From Bacteroidota bacterium (lineage in GTDB: Bacteria; Bacteroidota; Bacteroidia; Chitinophagales; Chitinophagaceae), in NCBI GenBank assembly GCA_029558715.1, contig JAKQEA010000038.1, positions 8,555-72,554 on the forward strand: a DNA stretch of 64,000 nucleotides, in the 5' to 3' direction. Under the pieces are notes generated by a model, which worked only from the letters and a program-made list of their open reading frames with translations, was not told where the DNA came from and did not search any database. The translations under genes and the position numbers were made by a program. How positions within the stretch are numbered: position 1 is the stretch's first letter; each line of letters opens with the position of its first letter. This document shows, piece by piece, positions 40,731-50,372 of this stretch.

Positions 40731-40733
40731 GTG

Positions 40734-40877
40734 TCAACGCTGAAACGGGAAGTCATCATCATCTTTATACTTCTTGTGTTGCTTTTCCAGTTCCCTGTTT
40801 TCTTTATAGATCCTGAGCCCCCATATTATTACACCGAGACAAATCAATATAATTGTTCCTGAGATGAAATACTCCAT
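40734..40877 (-). CDS. Unlisted 47-aa single-TM sORF (candidate)
   Basis: Hand translation gives MEYFISGTIILICLGVIIWGLRIYKENRELEKQHKKYKDDDDFPFQR. It has one hydrophobic helix and a charged tail, and it fills part of an otherwise empty 240-bp gap. Confidence 0.35.
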   Translation of the reverse strand: MEYFISGTIILICLGVIIWGLRIYKENRELEKQHKKYKDDDDFPFQR

Positions 40878-40970
40878 AAGCAATACTTAACTAAACAGAT
40901 ATAACCAAAAATCCACCTTTATTCTGACTTTACAATACCACTTTACGGTTAGTAAAAATACTGTTATCGT

Positions 40971-41492
40971 TTGACTATGAACGTTATACTCGAAACTGAG
41001 AGGTTGCTGCTCCGTACATTTACAACGGAGGATGCCCGGCTGATTTACGAATTAAACAGGGATCCGGATGTTACCCGTTTTACAGGCGACCCGATCACAG
41101 ATATTGCTCATGCCCGGCAGGTATTGGAGCAGGTAATTCTGCCTCAGTATGTATTGTATAACCATGGCAGGTGGGCGGTGCATGCAAAGCCGGCTCTTGA
41201 ATTCATAGGCTGGTGTGGATTAAAAAACAGGCCAGAGAGAAATGAGATTGACCTGGGATACCGGTTTATAAAGTCAACCTGGGGAAAAGGCTATGCTACG
41301 GAAGCCGCCTTTGCCTGTATTAAATATGGCTTTGAAAAACTAGGTCTTAAAAGGATCGTAGGCAGGGCAATGCCCGGCAATATCGCCTCATTAAAAGTGT
41401 TGGAAAAATGCGGGATGACATATATCGGCGAGGATATGGTGGATGACCATCCGGCAAAAACTTATGAGATACTGAACCCACTCATCCTGTAA
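40971..41492 (+). CDS. GNAT family N-acetyltransferase (RimJ/RimL-like)
   Basis: ETERLLLRTFT N-terminus and the acetyl-CoA motif WGKGYATEA. Confidence 0.85.
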   Translation: MTMNVILETERLLLRTFTTEDARLIYELNRDPDVTRFTGDPITDIAHARQVLEQVILPQYVLYNHGRWAVHAKPALEFIGWCGLKNRPERNEIDLGYRFIKSTWGKGYATEAAFACIKYGFEKLGLKRIVGRAMPGNIASLKVLEKCGMTYIGEDMVDDHPAKTYEILNPLIL

Positions 41493-41634
41493 ACTATCAA
41501 AAATTCCGCATTAAAACACCGGGCAAACAATAATAGCTTTTAACATTTCCGAAACATTTCGTATTTCAAAAAATGTCTTTATATTTGATGTACGAAGATT
41601 AACGTAGATAAATTAATAAACTAAACTACTTTTT

Positions 41635-42678
41635 ATGCGTATGACATGGATAAAATCATCTGCCCTGGTTGTTGCTTTGGCCCTGCTGTCTCCTGCAGCA
41701 CTACTGGCCCAGAAGGATGAAAAAGAAAAAGAAAAAGAAAAGGAGAAAGTAAAAAAGGATGTGCAGCAAATAATTATTACCCGTAGCGGCGAAAAGGATG
41801 AGAAGGTTGTCGTGGAAATCAATGGTGATAAAGTTACTGTTAACGGTAAGCCCATAGATGAATTGAACGATAAAGATGTCAAAGTAAGAGTGAATAAGCT
41901 AAGGGATATGGAAGCTTTTTCTTTTCCCCGGAGTACCCAGGGTGGTGCCTGGAGCTTCAATGATAACGATAATGTCCGCTATTTTAAGACAGACATGAAT
42001 AGAGCTATGCTCGGGGTGTCAACTGAAAAAGATGAAAAAGGCACTAAGGTAACTGATATTACAAAGGAAAGTGCTGCTGAAAAAATTGGATTAAAAGAAG
42101 GCGATATTATTATTAAAATAGATGATAAGAAAATTGAAACTCCGGACAACTTGTCTGATGCTATTACAGCCCATAAACCCGGGGATAAGGTAACTGTTAC
42201 CTGGCTAAGAGATAAAAAAGAACAAAAGGCAACTGCTGAATTAACTAAATGGAAAGGAATGGGAGTGTTTGGTAGTACTGAACCCGGCCAATTCAAATTC
42301 GATCTTGGAGATCTGAATTTAGGTCATCTTGCACCAAAAATTCAGGGAGTTCCTGGTGTTAGAGAACCATTTGGACAAAATTGGGCATGGTCAGGCGGAA
42401 GCCCAAAGCTTGGCTTATCAGTTCAGGATACAGATGATGGAAAGGGAGTGAAAGTAATAGAAGTAGATGATGAAAGTAATGCTGCAAAAGCCGGTATCAA
42501 AGAGGAAGATATGATAACTGAAGTGGATGGCAAGACCATTAAAGGAACTGATGATATGGTAAAAATTATCAGGGAAAGCAAAGAAAAGCCATCAATAATG
42601 ATCAAATTGTTGCGTGATGGGAAAACGCAGAACATAGAAGTAAAAATGCCAAGAAAAATAAAGACTGCAGACCTGTAA
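41635..42678 (+). CDS. Secreted protein with two PDZ domains
   Basis: Signal peptide, an (EK)n tract, and two PDZ-like segments (AAEKIGLKEGDIIIKIDD; AAKAGIKEEDMITEVDG). Confidence 0.75.
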   Translation: MRMTWIKSSALVVALALLSPAALLAQKDEKEKEKEKEKVKKDVQQIIITRSGEKDEKVVVEINGDKVTVNGKPIDELNDKDVKVRVNKLRDMEAFSFPRSTQGGAWSFNDNDNVRYFKTDMNRAMLGVSTEKDEKGTKVTDITKESAAEKIGLKEGDIIIKIDDKKIETPDNLSDAITAHKPGDKVTVTWLRDKKEQKATAELTKWKGMGVFGSTEPGQFKFDLGDLNLGHLAPKIQGVPGVREPFGQNWAWSGGSPKLGLSVQDTDDGKGVKVIEVDDESNAAKAGIKEEDMITEVDGKTIKGTDDMVKIIRESKEKPSIMIKLLRDGKTQNIEVKMPRKIKTADL

Positions 42679-42704
42679 ACGATTTGTTTTGGTGTGTGGT
42701 AACT

Positions 42705-42741
42705 AAAGCCCTGTTCCGTAGGTTCAGGGCTTTGTTTTTTT
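42705..42741 (+). terminator. Rho-independent terminator after the PDZ gene
   Basis: AAAGCCCTG (42705-42713) pairs with CAGGGCTTT (42725-42733), followed by a T-run. Confidence 0.75.
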
Positions 42742-42785
42742 AACCCTTTGTACTGCCCCAAATGGGTTATTTTTGCCCTCCTGTA

Positions 42786-44234
42786 ATGGAGAAATACGAT
42801 AAATATGAAATAGTGGTAGGGCTTGAAGTGCATGCCCAGTTGCTTACTAAAAGCAAACTTTTCTGTGGTGACAGCATTACCTACGGAGCTAGCCCAAATA
42901 CACATGTTAGCCCCATCACATTAGGTCATCCCGGCACATTGCCAAAGATGAATAAAACAGCTATTGAATTTGCCATTAAAATGGGCCTTGCCTGCGGTTG
43001 TGAAATTGAAAAGAAAAATTACTTTGCCCGCAAAAACTATTTCTATCCGGACCTTCCTAAGGGATACCAGGTTTCTCAACATACTACACCGATATGCAAA
43101 GGAGGAACTGTTAAGATAAAGACAGCAGAAGGGGAGAGGCAGATCAGGCTGAACCGGATTCATATGGAAGAAGATGCCGGGAAGAGCCTGCATGATATTG
43201 ATGAATTCAATACCTGTATTGATTTCAACAGGGCAGGCACCCCATTGATTGAAATGGTTACAGAACCTGATATCCGCAACAGCGATGAGGCGTTTGCTTA
43301 TTTAACTGAAGTTCGCAAACTGGTCCGTTATCTTGAAATATGTGACGGTAATATGGAAGAAGGCAGCTTGCGTTGCGACGCCAATATCTCAGTTCGTAAG
43401 AAAGGCGAGTTGCAACTCGGAACGAAAGTGGAGGTTAAAAATCTGAACTCAATCAGAAATGTGAAAAGAGCTATCGATGCAGAAGCAAAAAGATTAATTG
43501 ATATCCTTGAATCCGGGGGAAATATCATTCAGCAAACAAGAAGCTTTGATGTAAATACAGGTACTACTTTTTCTATCCGTGATAAAGAGGATGCAGATGA
43601 TTACCGCTATTTCGCTGAGCCGGATCTGACTCCTTTTCAACTGCAGGATGAGTATATTGACAGGATCCGCCGGTCCATTCCTGTTTTACAGGGGGAAAGG
43701 ATAAAGAAGTATATAACAGAAATGAATCTTTCAGCATATGACGCTGCTGTATTAACAGAGGAAAAAGAAACATCTGATTATTTTGAAACAATAATTCAGT
43801 ATACAACGAATTATAAAGCGGCAGCTAACTGGATGCTTGGACCGGTACAATCGTGGCTGAATGAAAATAATAAGGAAGCAGGAGAATTTCCTGTACCGGC
43901 AAGAAAAATTGCAGCCATAATTAAACTGATTGATGACGGTAAACTTAGTTTTACTGCCTCTTCATCAAAGTTGTTTTCAGTCTTATTGCAGCATCCTGAA
44001 AAAGATCCTGAACAGATTGCTATAGAAGAGAATTTAACGCAGCAATCAGATGCTTCTGCACTTGGTCCGGTAGTGGATGGGGTACTTGCAAGATTTTCAG
44101 ATAAAGTGAGTGAATATAAAAAAGGGAAAAAAGGATTGCTTTCACTATTTGTTGGTGAAGTAATGAAACAAACAAAAGGTAAAGCTGATCCTAAACTTAC
44201 TAATGAATTGTTATTAGACAGATTAAAAAAATAA
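42786..44234 (+). CDS. gatB: Asp-tRNA(Asn)/Glu-tRNA(Gln) amidotransferase subunit B
   Basis: MEKYDKYEIVVGLEVHAQL N-terminus and a GatB_Yqey C-terminal domain. The start is placed at ATG 42786. Confidence 0.93.
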   Translation: MEKYDKYEIVVGLEVHAQLLTKSKLFCGDSITYGASPNTHVSPITLGHPGTLPKMNKTAIEFAIKMGLACGCEIEKKNYFARKNYFYPDLPKGYQVSQHTTPICKGGTVKIKTAEGERQIRLNRIHMEEDAGKSLHDIDEFNTCIDFNRAGTPLIEMVTEPDIRNSDEAFAYLTEVRKLVRYLEICDGNMEEGSLRCDANISVRKKGELQLGTKVEVKNLNSIRNVKRAIDAEAKRLIDILESGGNIIQQTRSFDVNTGTTFSIRDKEDADDYRYFAEPDLTPFQLQDEYIDRIRRSIPVLQGERIKKYITEMNLSAYDAAVLTEEKETSDYFETIIQYTTNYKAAANWMLGPVQSWLNENNKEAGEFPVPARKIAAIIKLIDDGKLSFTASSSKLFSVLLQHPEKDPEQIAIEENLTQQSDASALGPVVDGVLARFSDKVSEYKKGKKGLLSLFVGEVMKQTKGKADPKLTNELLLDRLKK

Positions 44235-44237
44235 AAA

Positions 44238-45413
44238 ATGAAACAAGCGTTTTTCCTGTTCCTTGTAATGGCTGCACTGGTCTCTTGTAAGAATAAATCT
44301 TCTGTAAAGAAATTTGAAGTAAAGGGTACAATTATTAACAATACGGCTAAGATGATCTATCTCGAAGAGATACCGATGGCAACAATGCAGGCCGTAGTGA
44401 TAGACTCAGCCGTACTCGGCAAAGATGGAAAATATGCATTGAAAACTGTTGCCAGTGAAGCAAGAGTGTATAATCTTCGGCTTGATCAGAGTATGTATCC
44501 GGTGGCTGCTGTGATAAACGATGCCTCCAGTATAACACTTGATGCAACATTCAGTAAGGAAAATAACCAGTTTGTAGAAAAGTATGAAGTAAAAGGATCG
44601 GCAGGCAGTCAGCAGCTAAAAGATTTTATGGTCGGCTTTAATACAAAACTCCAGTCCATTTTCTTTAATGCACGGCAGGCAGACAGCCTTAATCGCATAC
44701 AAGCCCATGATAGTGTTTTCAGAAAATTAGAATTGAGTACAGCTGTTGTTGCAGGAGAATTAAGAACCTTAACATCTGAGGCACTAAAAAAGAGCAGTAA
44801 CCCGGCCTTGTCAATGCTCATACTTGGTTACTATCAAAGTACTGCCAATAATCAGGGTTTTGGCCTTCAGCCATTTGCCAATGATGAAGTATCAAACCTG
44901 GTTAACGACCTGGCTTCGAAGCATCCGACACATCAGGGAGTGGCTGCGGTAAAATCTATGCTGGAAGCTCAGGCAAATAAAATGAAAGGCTTAATAGGAC
45001 AAACAGCACCGGAACTAAGTTTGCCAGACCCCAATGGCAAAGAAGTTAAATTAAGCTCCTTCAGGGGAAAGTATGTGCTGGTTGATTTTTGGGCCAGTTG
45101 GTGCAAACCCTGCCGTGAGGAAAATCCAACAGTGGTAAAGGCCTATAATAAATTCAAAGACAAAAATTTTACCATATTAGGTGTATCGCTTGACAGACCG
45201 GGTCAGAAAGATGAGTGGATGAAGGCCGTGATGAAGGATAACCTGACATGGACCCAGGTGAGTGATCTCATGTTTTGGAACAGCCCCGTAGTTCAATTAT
45301 ATGGTATTGAAGGCATACCCTATAATGTACTGGTTGATCCGGATGGTAAGATTATTGCAGAATCACTTCGCGGGCCGGCACTGGAAGAAAAGTTAGCAGC
45401 GGTGCTGAATTAA
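44238..45413 (+). CDS. TlpA-family thiol:disulfide oxidoreductase lipoprotein (DUF4369-like N-terminal domain)
   Basis: Lipobox ALVSC and the FWASWCKPCREE active site. Confidence 0.85.
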   Translation: MKQAFFLFLVMAALVSCKNKSSVKKFEVKGTIINNTAKMIYLEEIPMATMQAVVIDSAVLGKDGKYALKTVASEARVYNLRLDQSMYPVAAVINDASSITLDATFSKENNQFVEKYEVKGSAGSQQLKDFMVGFNTKLQSIFFNARQADSLNRIQAHDSVFRKLELSTAVVAGELRTLTSEALKKSSNPALSMLILGYYQSTANNQGFGLQPFANDEVSNLVNDLASKHPTHQGVAAVKSMLEAQANKMKGLIGQTAPELSLPDPNGKEVKLSSFRGKYVLVDFWASWCKPCREENPTVVKAYNKFKDKNFTILGVSLDRPGQKDEWMKAVMKDNLTWTQVSDLMFWNSPVVQLYGIEGIPYNVLVDPDGKIIAESLRGPALEEKLAAVLN

Positions 45414-45447
45414 AAAAATCCCCTCGTTTTAACGAGGGGATTTTTTT
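45412..45447. terminator. Bidirectional terminator between the convergent TlpA-like and SusD-like genes
   Basis: A7 run, then TCCCCTCGTT / AACGAGGGGA stem, then T7 run. Confidence 0.8.
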
Positions 45448-45475
45448 AATTACTGTTCAATCTTATCAATTCTTA

Positions 45476-46963
45476 TTAATTATTTTGAGTCGTATTTGGA
45501 TTTCCCTGTATTTCAGCAGTAGGGATACTGAACTCCCATAAATTACTTGCTGATGGAGCAGGAACCTGCATTACACCACCAGCAGAGGCAGGCACATAAT
45601 TTGGCACTACGGTTCTATCCACAGGCATATCCATTCTTTTTAAATCAAACCATCTGTGTCCTTCTGCCCAAAACTCTACTCTTTTTTGTACTAATATTTC
45701 GTTTAATAAAGCAGCTCCTGAGTTTGTACTTAAAACATAGCTCGGATCCCTGTTTACTGCCAGAGTATACAAAGCCGCTCTTGCCTGGGCTTCATTTCCC
45801 GGTATTCTTGCATTTGCTTCTGCAATGATTAAATACATTTCTGCTAATCTTATATAAGGCACATCACCAATAGTTGGCAAGTTTCTAATGGAGAATTTTC
45901 TGCTCATATAGGGGGTACGGGCAAAAGCTGTAGTGGGAAGCGGAAAATTGGTGGCATTTGGAGATGGCTCCCACATTTTTTTTCTTACGTCTGTAGCCGT
46001 AATCAAATTATACAATGCACTATTAATTCTCTTGGGAACTCCTCTTATATACGAAGTGTTACCGTTGTAAGAAATTTGAGCCAGATAAGAGCCAAATGTA
46101 TCGCCCTGATCATCCTGAATAAAAGCACCCCATATCCATTCAGGGTTGGTTATGTTATTAAAGCCCTCCTGGTATTGTACATTGCTCATTAACGAAAACC
46201 CACCCAAGGTAATTACCTGGTTAGCATATTGTGCGGCTAATGTCCATTTTTGTTGTGTTAAAGCCACCCTTGCCCAAATGGCATAAGCGGCTCTTAATGA
46301 AAGATGGGATTTGTTTCTCGGCGCAGAAGCTGTACCAAAGGCAGCCACCGCATTGGTTAAGTCCTTATTGATTTGCGTATATACTTCTTCTACCGTTGAG
46401 CGGGGCAATTTAGATTGTGTGGCGGATAAAGGCATTGAAACTCCTAATTGTGAATTGATAGTGGTGGCATCATATCTTTTAGCATAAATCTGCACCAGGT
46501 TAAAATAGGCCCATGCCCGCATGGTCAATGCTTCTCCTTTTAGTCGATTTATATCAGCCGGGGTTCCAATTAGCTTATCAACATTCTCAATAACTGAGTT
46601 AGCATTACCTATACAGCGGTAATACATACGGAATGGATAAGCGACGTATGAGTAATCAGCATTTTTTTGGTTAATCCAACCACCGCAACCATTTCCGGGG
46701 GTGTACCAACTTGCAAGTGCCTGGTGAACATCTTCACCCATAAAGTCAAACATCAGCATTATGCCACCTTGTCCGGGTGTGTTTTGATTATCAAACCTGC
46801 TGTATAAATAGCGATAAATACCGTTCATTACTGCCTCGCCGTTTGCTACAGTGGTAAATACATCGGCTTCCGCAACAGCATTCGTTGGTGTAGCATCAAG
46901 AAACTCCTTTTTACAACCAGCCAGCATAAGAATGGCAGTTATGGCAATTAGTATCTTTTTCAT
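45476..46963 (-). CDS. RagB/SusD family nutrient-uptake outer membrane lipoprotein
   Basis: Lipobox LAGC and a SusD-like helical pattern. It lies 20 bp downstream of the SusC-like gene. Confidence 0.85.
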   Translation of the reverse strand: MKKILIAITAILMLAGCKKEFLDATPTNAVAEADVFTTVANGEAVMNGIYRYLYSRFDNQNTPGQGGIMLMFDFMGEDVHQALASWYTPGNGCGGWINQKNADYSYVAYPFRMYYRCIGNANSVIENVDKLIGTPADINRLKGEALTMRAWAYFNLVQIYAKRYDATTINSQLGVSMPLSATQSKLPRSTVEEVYTQINKDLTNAVAAFGTASAPRNKSHLSLRAAYAIWARVALTQQKWTLAAQYANQVITLGGFSLMSNVQYQEGFNNITNPEWIWGAFIQDDQGDTFGSYLAQISYNGNTSYIRGVPKRINSALYNLITATDVRKKMWEPSPNATNFPLPTTAFARTPYMSRKFSIRNLPTIGDVPYIRLAEMYLIIAEANARIPGNEAQARAALYTLAVNRDPSYVLSTNSGAALLNEILVQKRVEFWAEGHRWFDLKRMDMPVDRTVVPNYVPASAGGVMQVPAPSASNLWEFSIPTAEIQGNPNTTQNN

Positions 46964-46983
46964 TTTATCAATTATTATTATTA

Positions 46984-49900
46984 TTAAAAATTCGTATTAA
47001 ACCCAATATTAACGAGCCTGTTAGGGGTATAAACAGGGCTGTTGGTTCCGTTAAAGGACTCAGCAGAGTTTAAACCCTGGCGCTTGGATACAATAAATAA
47101 GTTTTCACCCCCAACAAAAATCCGTAGATTTTCAATCCCAAATTTGCTTGTTACTGTCTTTGGAACATTATAAGTAATAGCAACATTTCGCAAGTTCAAG
47201 TAGCTGGCATCAATTAAAAATCTATCAGATTGCGCATTAAATCTTGCGTTAGTTTGGTTAATATCTAGTCTTGGTATATCGGTAATATCACCAGGGTTTT
47301 TCCAGGCTCTTAGTGCATCGGTATGTAAAGCCCGTCCATAAGTAACCGCCATCAACCCCGCATAGTTACCATCATAAAACTTACCACCTACCTGATAGTT
47401 CAACAAAAAGTTTATTGATATGTTCTGATAGGTGAATGTATTATTAATAGAACCAAAATGCTTGGGTATAGCACTACCTGCATATCCAAAATCTGCATTG
47501 GTTGGATTATTCGTTAATTTTTCTCCTTTAGGTCCTGTACGGATGTCAGTAGTGCTGGTAGCGTTTGCATAGAACAAACCTGCACCATCAGAAGGATCAA
47601 CTCCATACCACCTTCTCAAGTAAAAGGCAAAAATATCCTCGCCAACTTCTAAACGCTTTGTTCCGCTGGTAATTGGGGTATTATTATTGGGAAGTTTGGT
47701 TATGTTGTTTTTTAAGCTGGTAATATTAAGCTGCACATCCCAGTTAAAATTTTTAGACCTAACTATACCCAAATCCAATTGTACTTCTACCCCTTTATTT
47801 TCCATGGCTCCAATATTCTTAGTTATGCTGGTAATTACATTACTAAGCCCCTGGGGCTCATCGAATAATAAACTAGAAGATCCCCTGTTAAAATATTCTA
47901 AGGTACCGGATACCCTGTTTTTAAATAACCCAAATTCAAAGCCTATACTTTTTGTAGTATTTACTTCCCAGGTAAGTGCTGTATTAGGCGCCTGAGTATA
48001 GAGTATACCGGGTTCTGTTGCATTATTAAATCCAGAGCCAAACAACCCTTGTGATGAATAATAGGTATCTAAGGCATCATTACCCACACTTCCGTAGGAA
48101 GCCCTCAACTTCAGAAAGTTAATCCACTTGCTATTCTTTATGAAAGTTTCTTCGCTCAATACCCATCCGCCCCCTATTGAATAGAATTGGCCCCATCTTG
48201 TTTCCGGCGCAAATCTGGAAGAGGCATCTGTTCTGTAAGAAGCCTCGAAGTTAAACTTGTTATTATAGGTATAATTCAATCTTGAAAGATAGGCTTCTCT
48301 TCTTAGATTATCTTCTCTTCCGTTTGCAACGGTTGCTGTTACAAAATTTCCTACTTGTATATTTCCATCAGCAATAGCACCAGTTCTTTCTGCAGTTAAA
48401 TACTGGTCTATATTTTTTGTAGATTCATGCCCGGCCAAAATACTAAATTCATGCTCGCCGATTTTCTTATTATAATTTAATAGTTCATTTAAAGTAATTG
48501 TCCTGAATTCATTCGCAGAATTAGTAGATCTGCCGCCTGGGGTTACACCATCGCCCACCACTTTATTTTGAAATGTGAGGGCTCTTGTATTATTCAAGTC
48601 TACACCGGCATTTGTAGTAAGGGTTAAATTCTTTGCCAACCTGGCTTCTATGAAAGCACGGGCAATAACGCTGTTTCTTTTGGTCAATCGTTTATTCAAT
48701 AAAGTTTCTAAAACAATATGCCTGCCCGGAGAAGCTCCAGTTGGACGGTTTATTGCGCCAGGATGCAGTCCATAATCATACCATTGCTCTCCCGTAACCG
48801 TATTGAAAATGGGTGCTCCGGCAGTTGTAAATGCCCTTACCGGGTAAATGGGGCCCATACCCCTTGCAAAAACAAACGGATTTACAAAGGTATTTGAACC
48901 ATCACCTGCTGCCTGGTTTGTATTCACAATTGCCGTGGTAACATTTAAGCCTGTTTTTAGCCAATCTTTTACCTGGGTATTAATAGCCATTCTTGCATTA
49001 AATCTTTGAAAGTCAGATTCAATTACAAACCCTTTATCTGAAAGGTAGTTCAATGAAAAAAAGTAATCTGACTTACCTTGCTTTGATGATACACTAAAAC
49101 CCGTTTCAACCCTCGGACCATTTCTCTCTAATGGAGAATACCAGTCAAAATCATTATAGAGCAATTGCGCATTTGGGTTTAGTTTTCCGTCTAGACCTAC
49201 TACCTGGTTACCGGGTACACTGAATGGGTTATATATCAGCTGGGTAGCAACCGTATTAGAGGCATTTTGAGAAGCTACTGCAGCCGTTTGCCCAGTACCA
49301 GTTACTGGATATTGAAGACCATTTTTTATTGACTGCCATATGAGTGGGTGATAATCTAAAGTGCTCACCTTGTCATACTCACCAATTCCTCTGCTCGACT
49401 GGCCATAATTTACATAGAAATTCACTCTTGGTGCCGCTGTTCTACCCTTTTTTGTAGTTATTATTACCGCACCATTGGCGGCTCTGGCTCCATAAAGGGC
49501 AGTAGAGGAAGCGTCTTTTAATAACGTAATACTCTCAATATCGTTGGTATTGATATCGCCAATAAAACCACCATATGGAAAACCATCCACTACATACAGC
49601 GGTTCAGAACCTGCATTAACAGAACCAAATCCTCTTATTCTTATAGCAGCGCTACTACCTGGTTGTCCATTACCAGATGTAGCCTGAATACCCGGGGCTG
49701 CACCAGCCAGTGCCTGTGTTATATTTGTTACTTGCCGGTCTAGCAAATCGTCTGATTTAATGCGGGCAACTGAACCAGTTAGGGAACTCTTTTTCTGTGT
49801 ACCATAAGCTACCACCACCACTTCTTCTATTGCTTTGGTATCAGATGATACCATTGACACAGAAATTGTATTGGTAGTACCCAATTTAAATTCAACATCA

Positions 49901-50136
49901 GTGAATCCGATTGAAGTAATAAGTAACACTTTTCCATTAGCTGGAACATCCAAGCTGAAAGAGCCATCAGGTTTTGTAGAAGTACCAGCAGTTGTACCTT
50001 TTACCAATACAGAAGCATTTGGCACAGGATTACCTTTATCATCGGTTACCTTTCCTGTAATGGTTCGCTGTGCTAATGCCGCCGTAGCAAAAAACACAAC
50101 TCCAAAAAGCAGTAAAAACAGTTTTCTCATGTTCAT
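46984..50136 (-). CDS. SusC/RagA family TonB-linked outer membrane protein
   Basis: 1050 aa. It has a CarboxypepD_reg N-terminus (ITGKVTDDKGNPVPNASVLVKG), a plug, a 22-strand-barrel-type sequence, and a terminal ...IGFNTNF. Confidence 0.9.
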   Translation of the reverse strand: MNMRKLFLLLFGVVFFATAALAQRTITGKVTDDKGNPVPNASVLVKGTTAGTSTKPDGSFSLDVPANGKVLLITSIGFTDVEFKLGTTNTISVSMVSSDTKAIEEVVVVAYGTQKKSSLTGSVARIKSDDLLDRQVTNITQALAGAAPGIQATSGNGQPGSSAAIRIRGFGSVNAGSEPLYVVDGFPYGGFIGDINTNDIESITLLKDASSTALYGARAANGAVIITTKKGRTAAPRVNFYVNYGQSSRGIGEYDKVSTLDYHPLIWQSIKNGLQYPVTGTGQTAAVASQNASNTVATQLIYNPFSVPGNQVVGLDGKLNPNAQLLYNDFDWYSPLERNGPRVETGFSVSSKQGKSDYFFSLNYLSDKGFVIESDFQRFNARMAINTQVKDWLKTGLNVTTAIVNTNQAAGDGSNTFVNPFVFARGMGPIYPVRAFTTAGAPIFNTVTGEQWYDYGLHPGAINRPTGASPGRHIVLETLLNKRLTKRNSVIARAFIEARLAKNLTLTTNAGVDLNNTRALTFQNKVVGDGVTPGGRSTNSANEFRTITLNELLNYNKKIGEHEFSILAGHESTKNIDQYLTAERTGAIADGNIQVGNFVTATVANGREDNLRREAYLSRLNYTYNNKFNFEASYRTDASSRFAPETRWGQFYSIGGGWVLSEETFIKNSKWINFLKLRASYGSVGNDALDTYYSSQGLFGSGFNNATEPGILYTQAPNTALTWEVNTTKSIGFEFGLFKNRVSGTLEYFNRGSSSLLFDEPQGLSNVITSITKNIGAMENKGVEVQLDLGIVRSKNFNWDVQLNITSLKNNITKLPNNNTPITSGTKRLEVGEDIFAFYLRRWYGVDPSDGAGLFYANATSTTDIRTGPKGEKLTNNPTNADFGYAGSAIPKHFGSINNTFTYQNISINFLLNYQVGGKFYDGNYAGLMAVTYGRALHTDALRAWKNPGDITDIPRLDINQTNARFNAQSDRFLIDASYLNLRNVAITYNVPKTVTSKFGIENLRIFVGGENLFIVSKRQGLNSAESFNGTNSPVYTPNRLVNIGFNTNF

Positions 50137-50161
50137 TTAGTTTTAGTATATAAAAGAAATC

Positions 50162-50184
50162 CAAGCCCTCTCTAAGGGGGCTTG
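50162..50184 (-). promoter_or_regulatory. Terminator-like hairpin in the leader 25 nt upstream of the SusC-like start codon
   Basis: The minus strand reads CAAGCCCCCTTAGAGAGGGCTTG followed by GATTTCTTTTATAT. Confidence 0.4.
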
Positions 50185-50372
50185 AAATTAAAGAACCTTG
50201 AGTGAAAAACTCAAAAAATCGCTGACTTTTTGAGATAAGAGCCTGTTAGTTGATTTGTCCTTAACCCTGGTTGCAAATACCCGTCAAATCTTTGACAATT
50301 AGCCAGAACCAATTGCTGCACTTGACTGGCAGTTTTATTCATAAAAGCCGTATTAAAATTAGATAAAAAGGC

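Noticed and set aside
41719-41742. GAAAAA hexamer tandem repeat in the PDZ gene, and a (GGC)n run at 29759-29773 in ftsH
   Set aside because: Both have in-frame unit lengths and encode (EK)n and poly-Gly linkers. They are ordinary low-complexity coding sequence, not a switch.
43811-44341. 176-aa minus-strand ORF spanning the gatB/TlpA-like junction
   Set aside because: It is antisense to two well-supported genes and has no independent signals.
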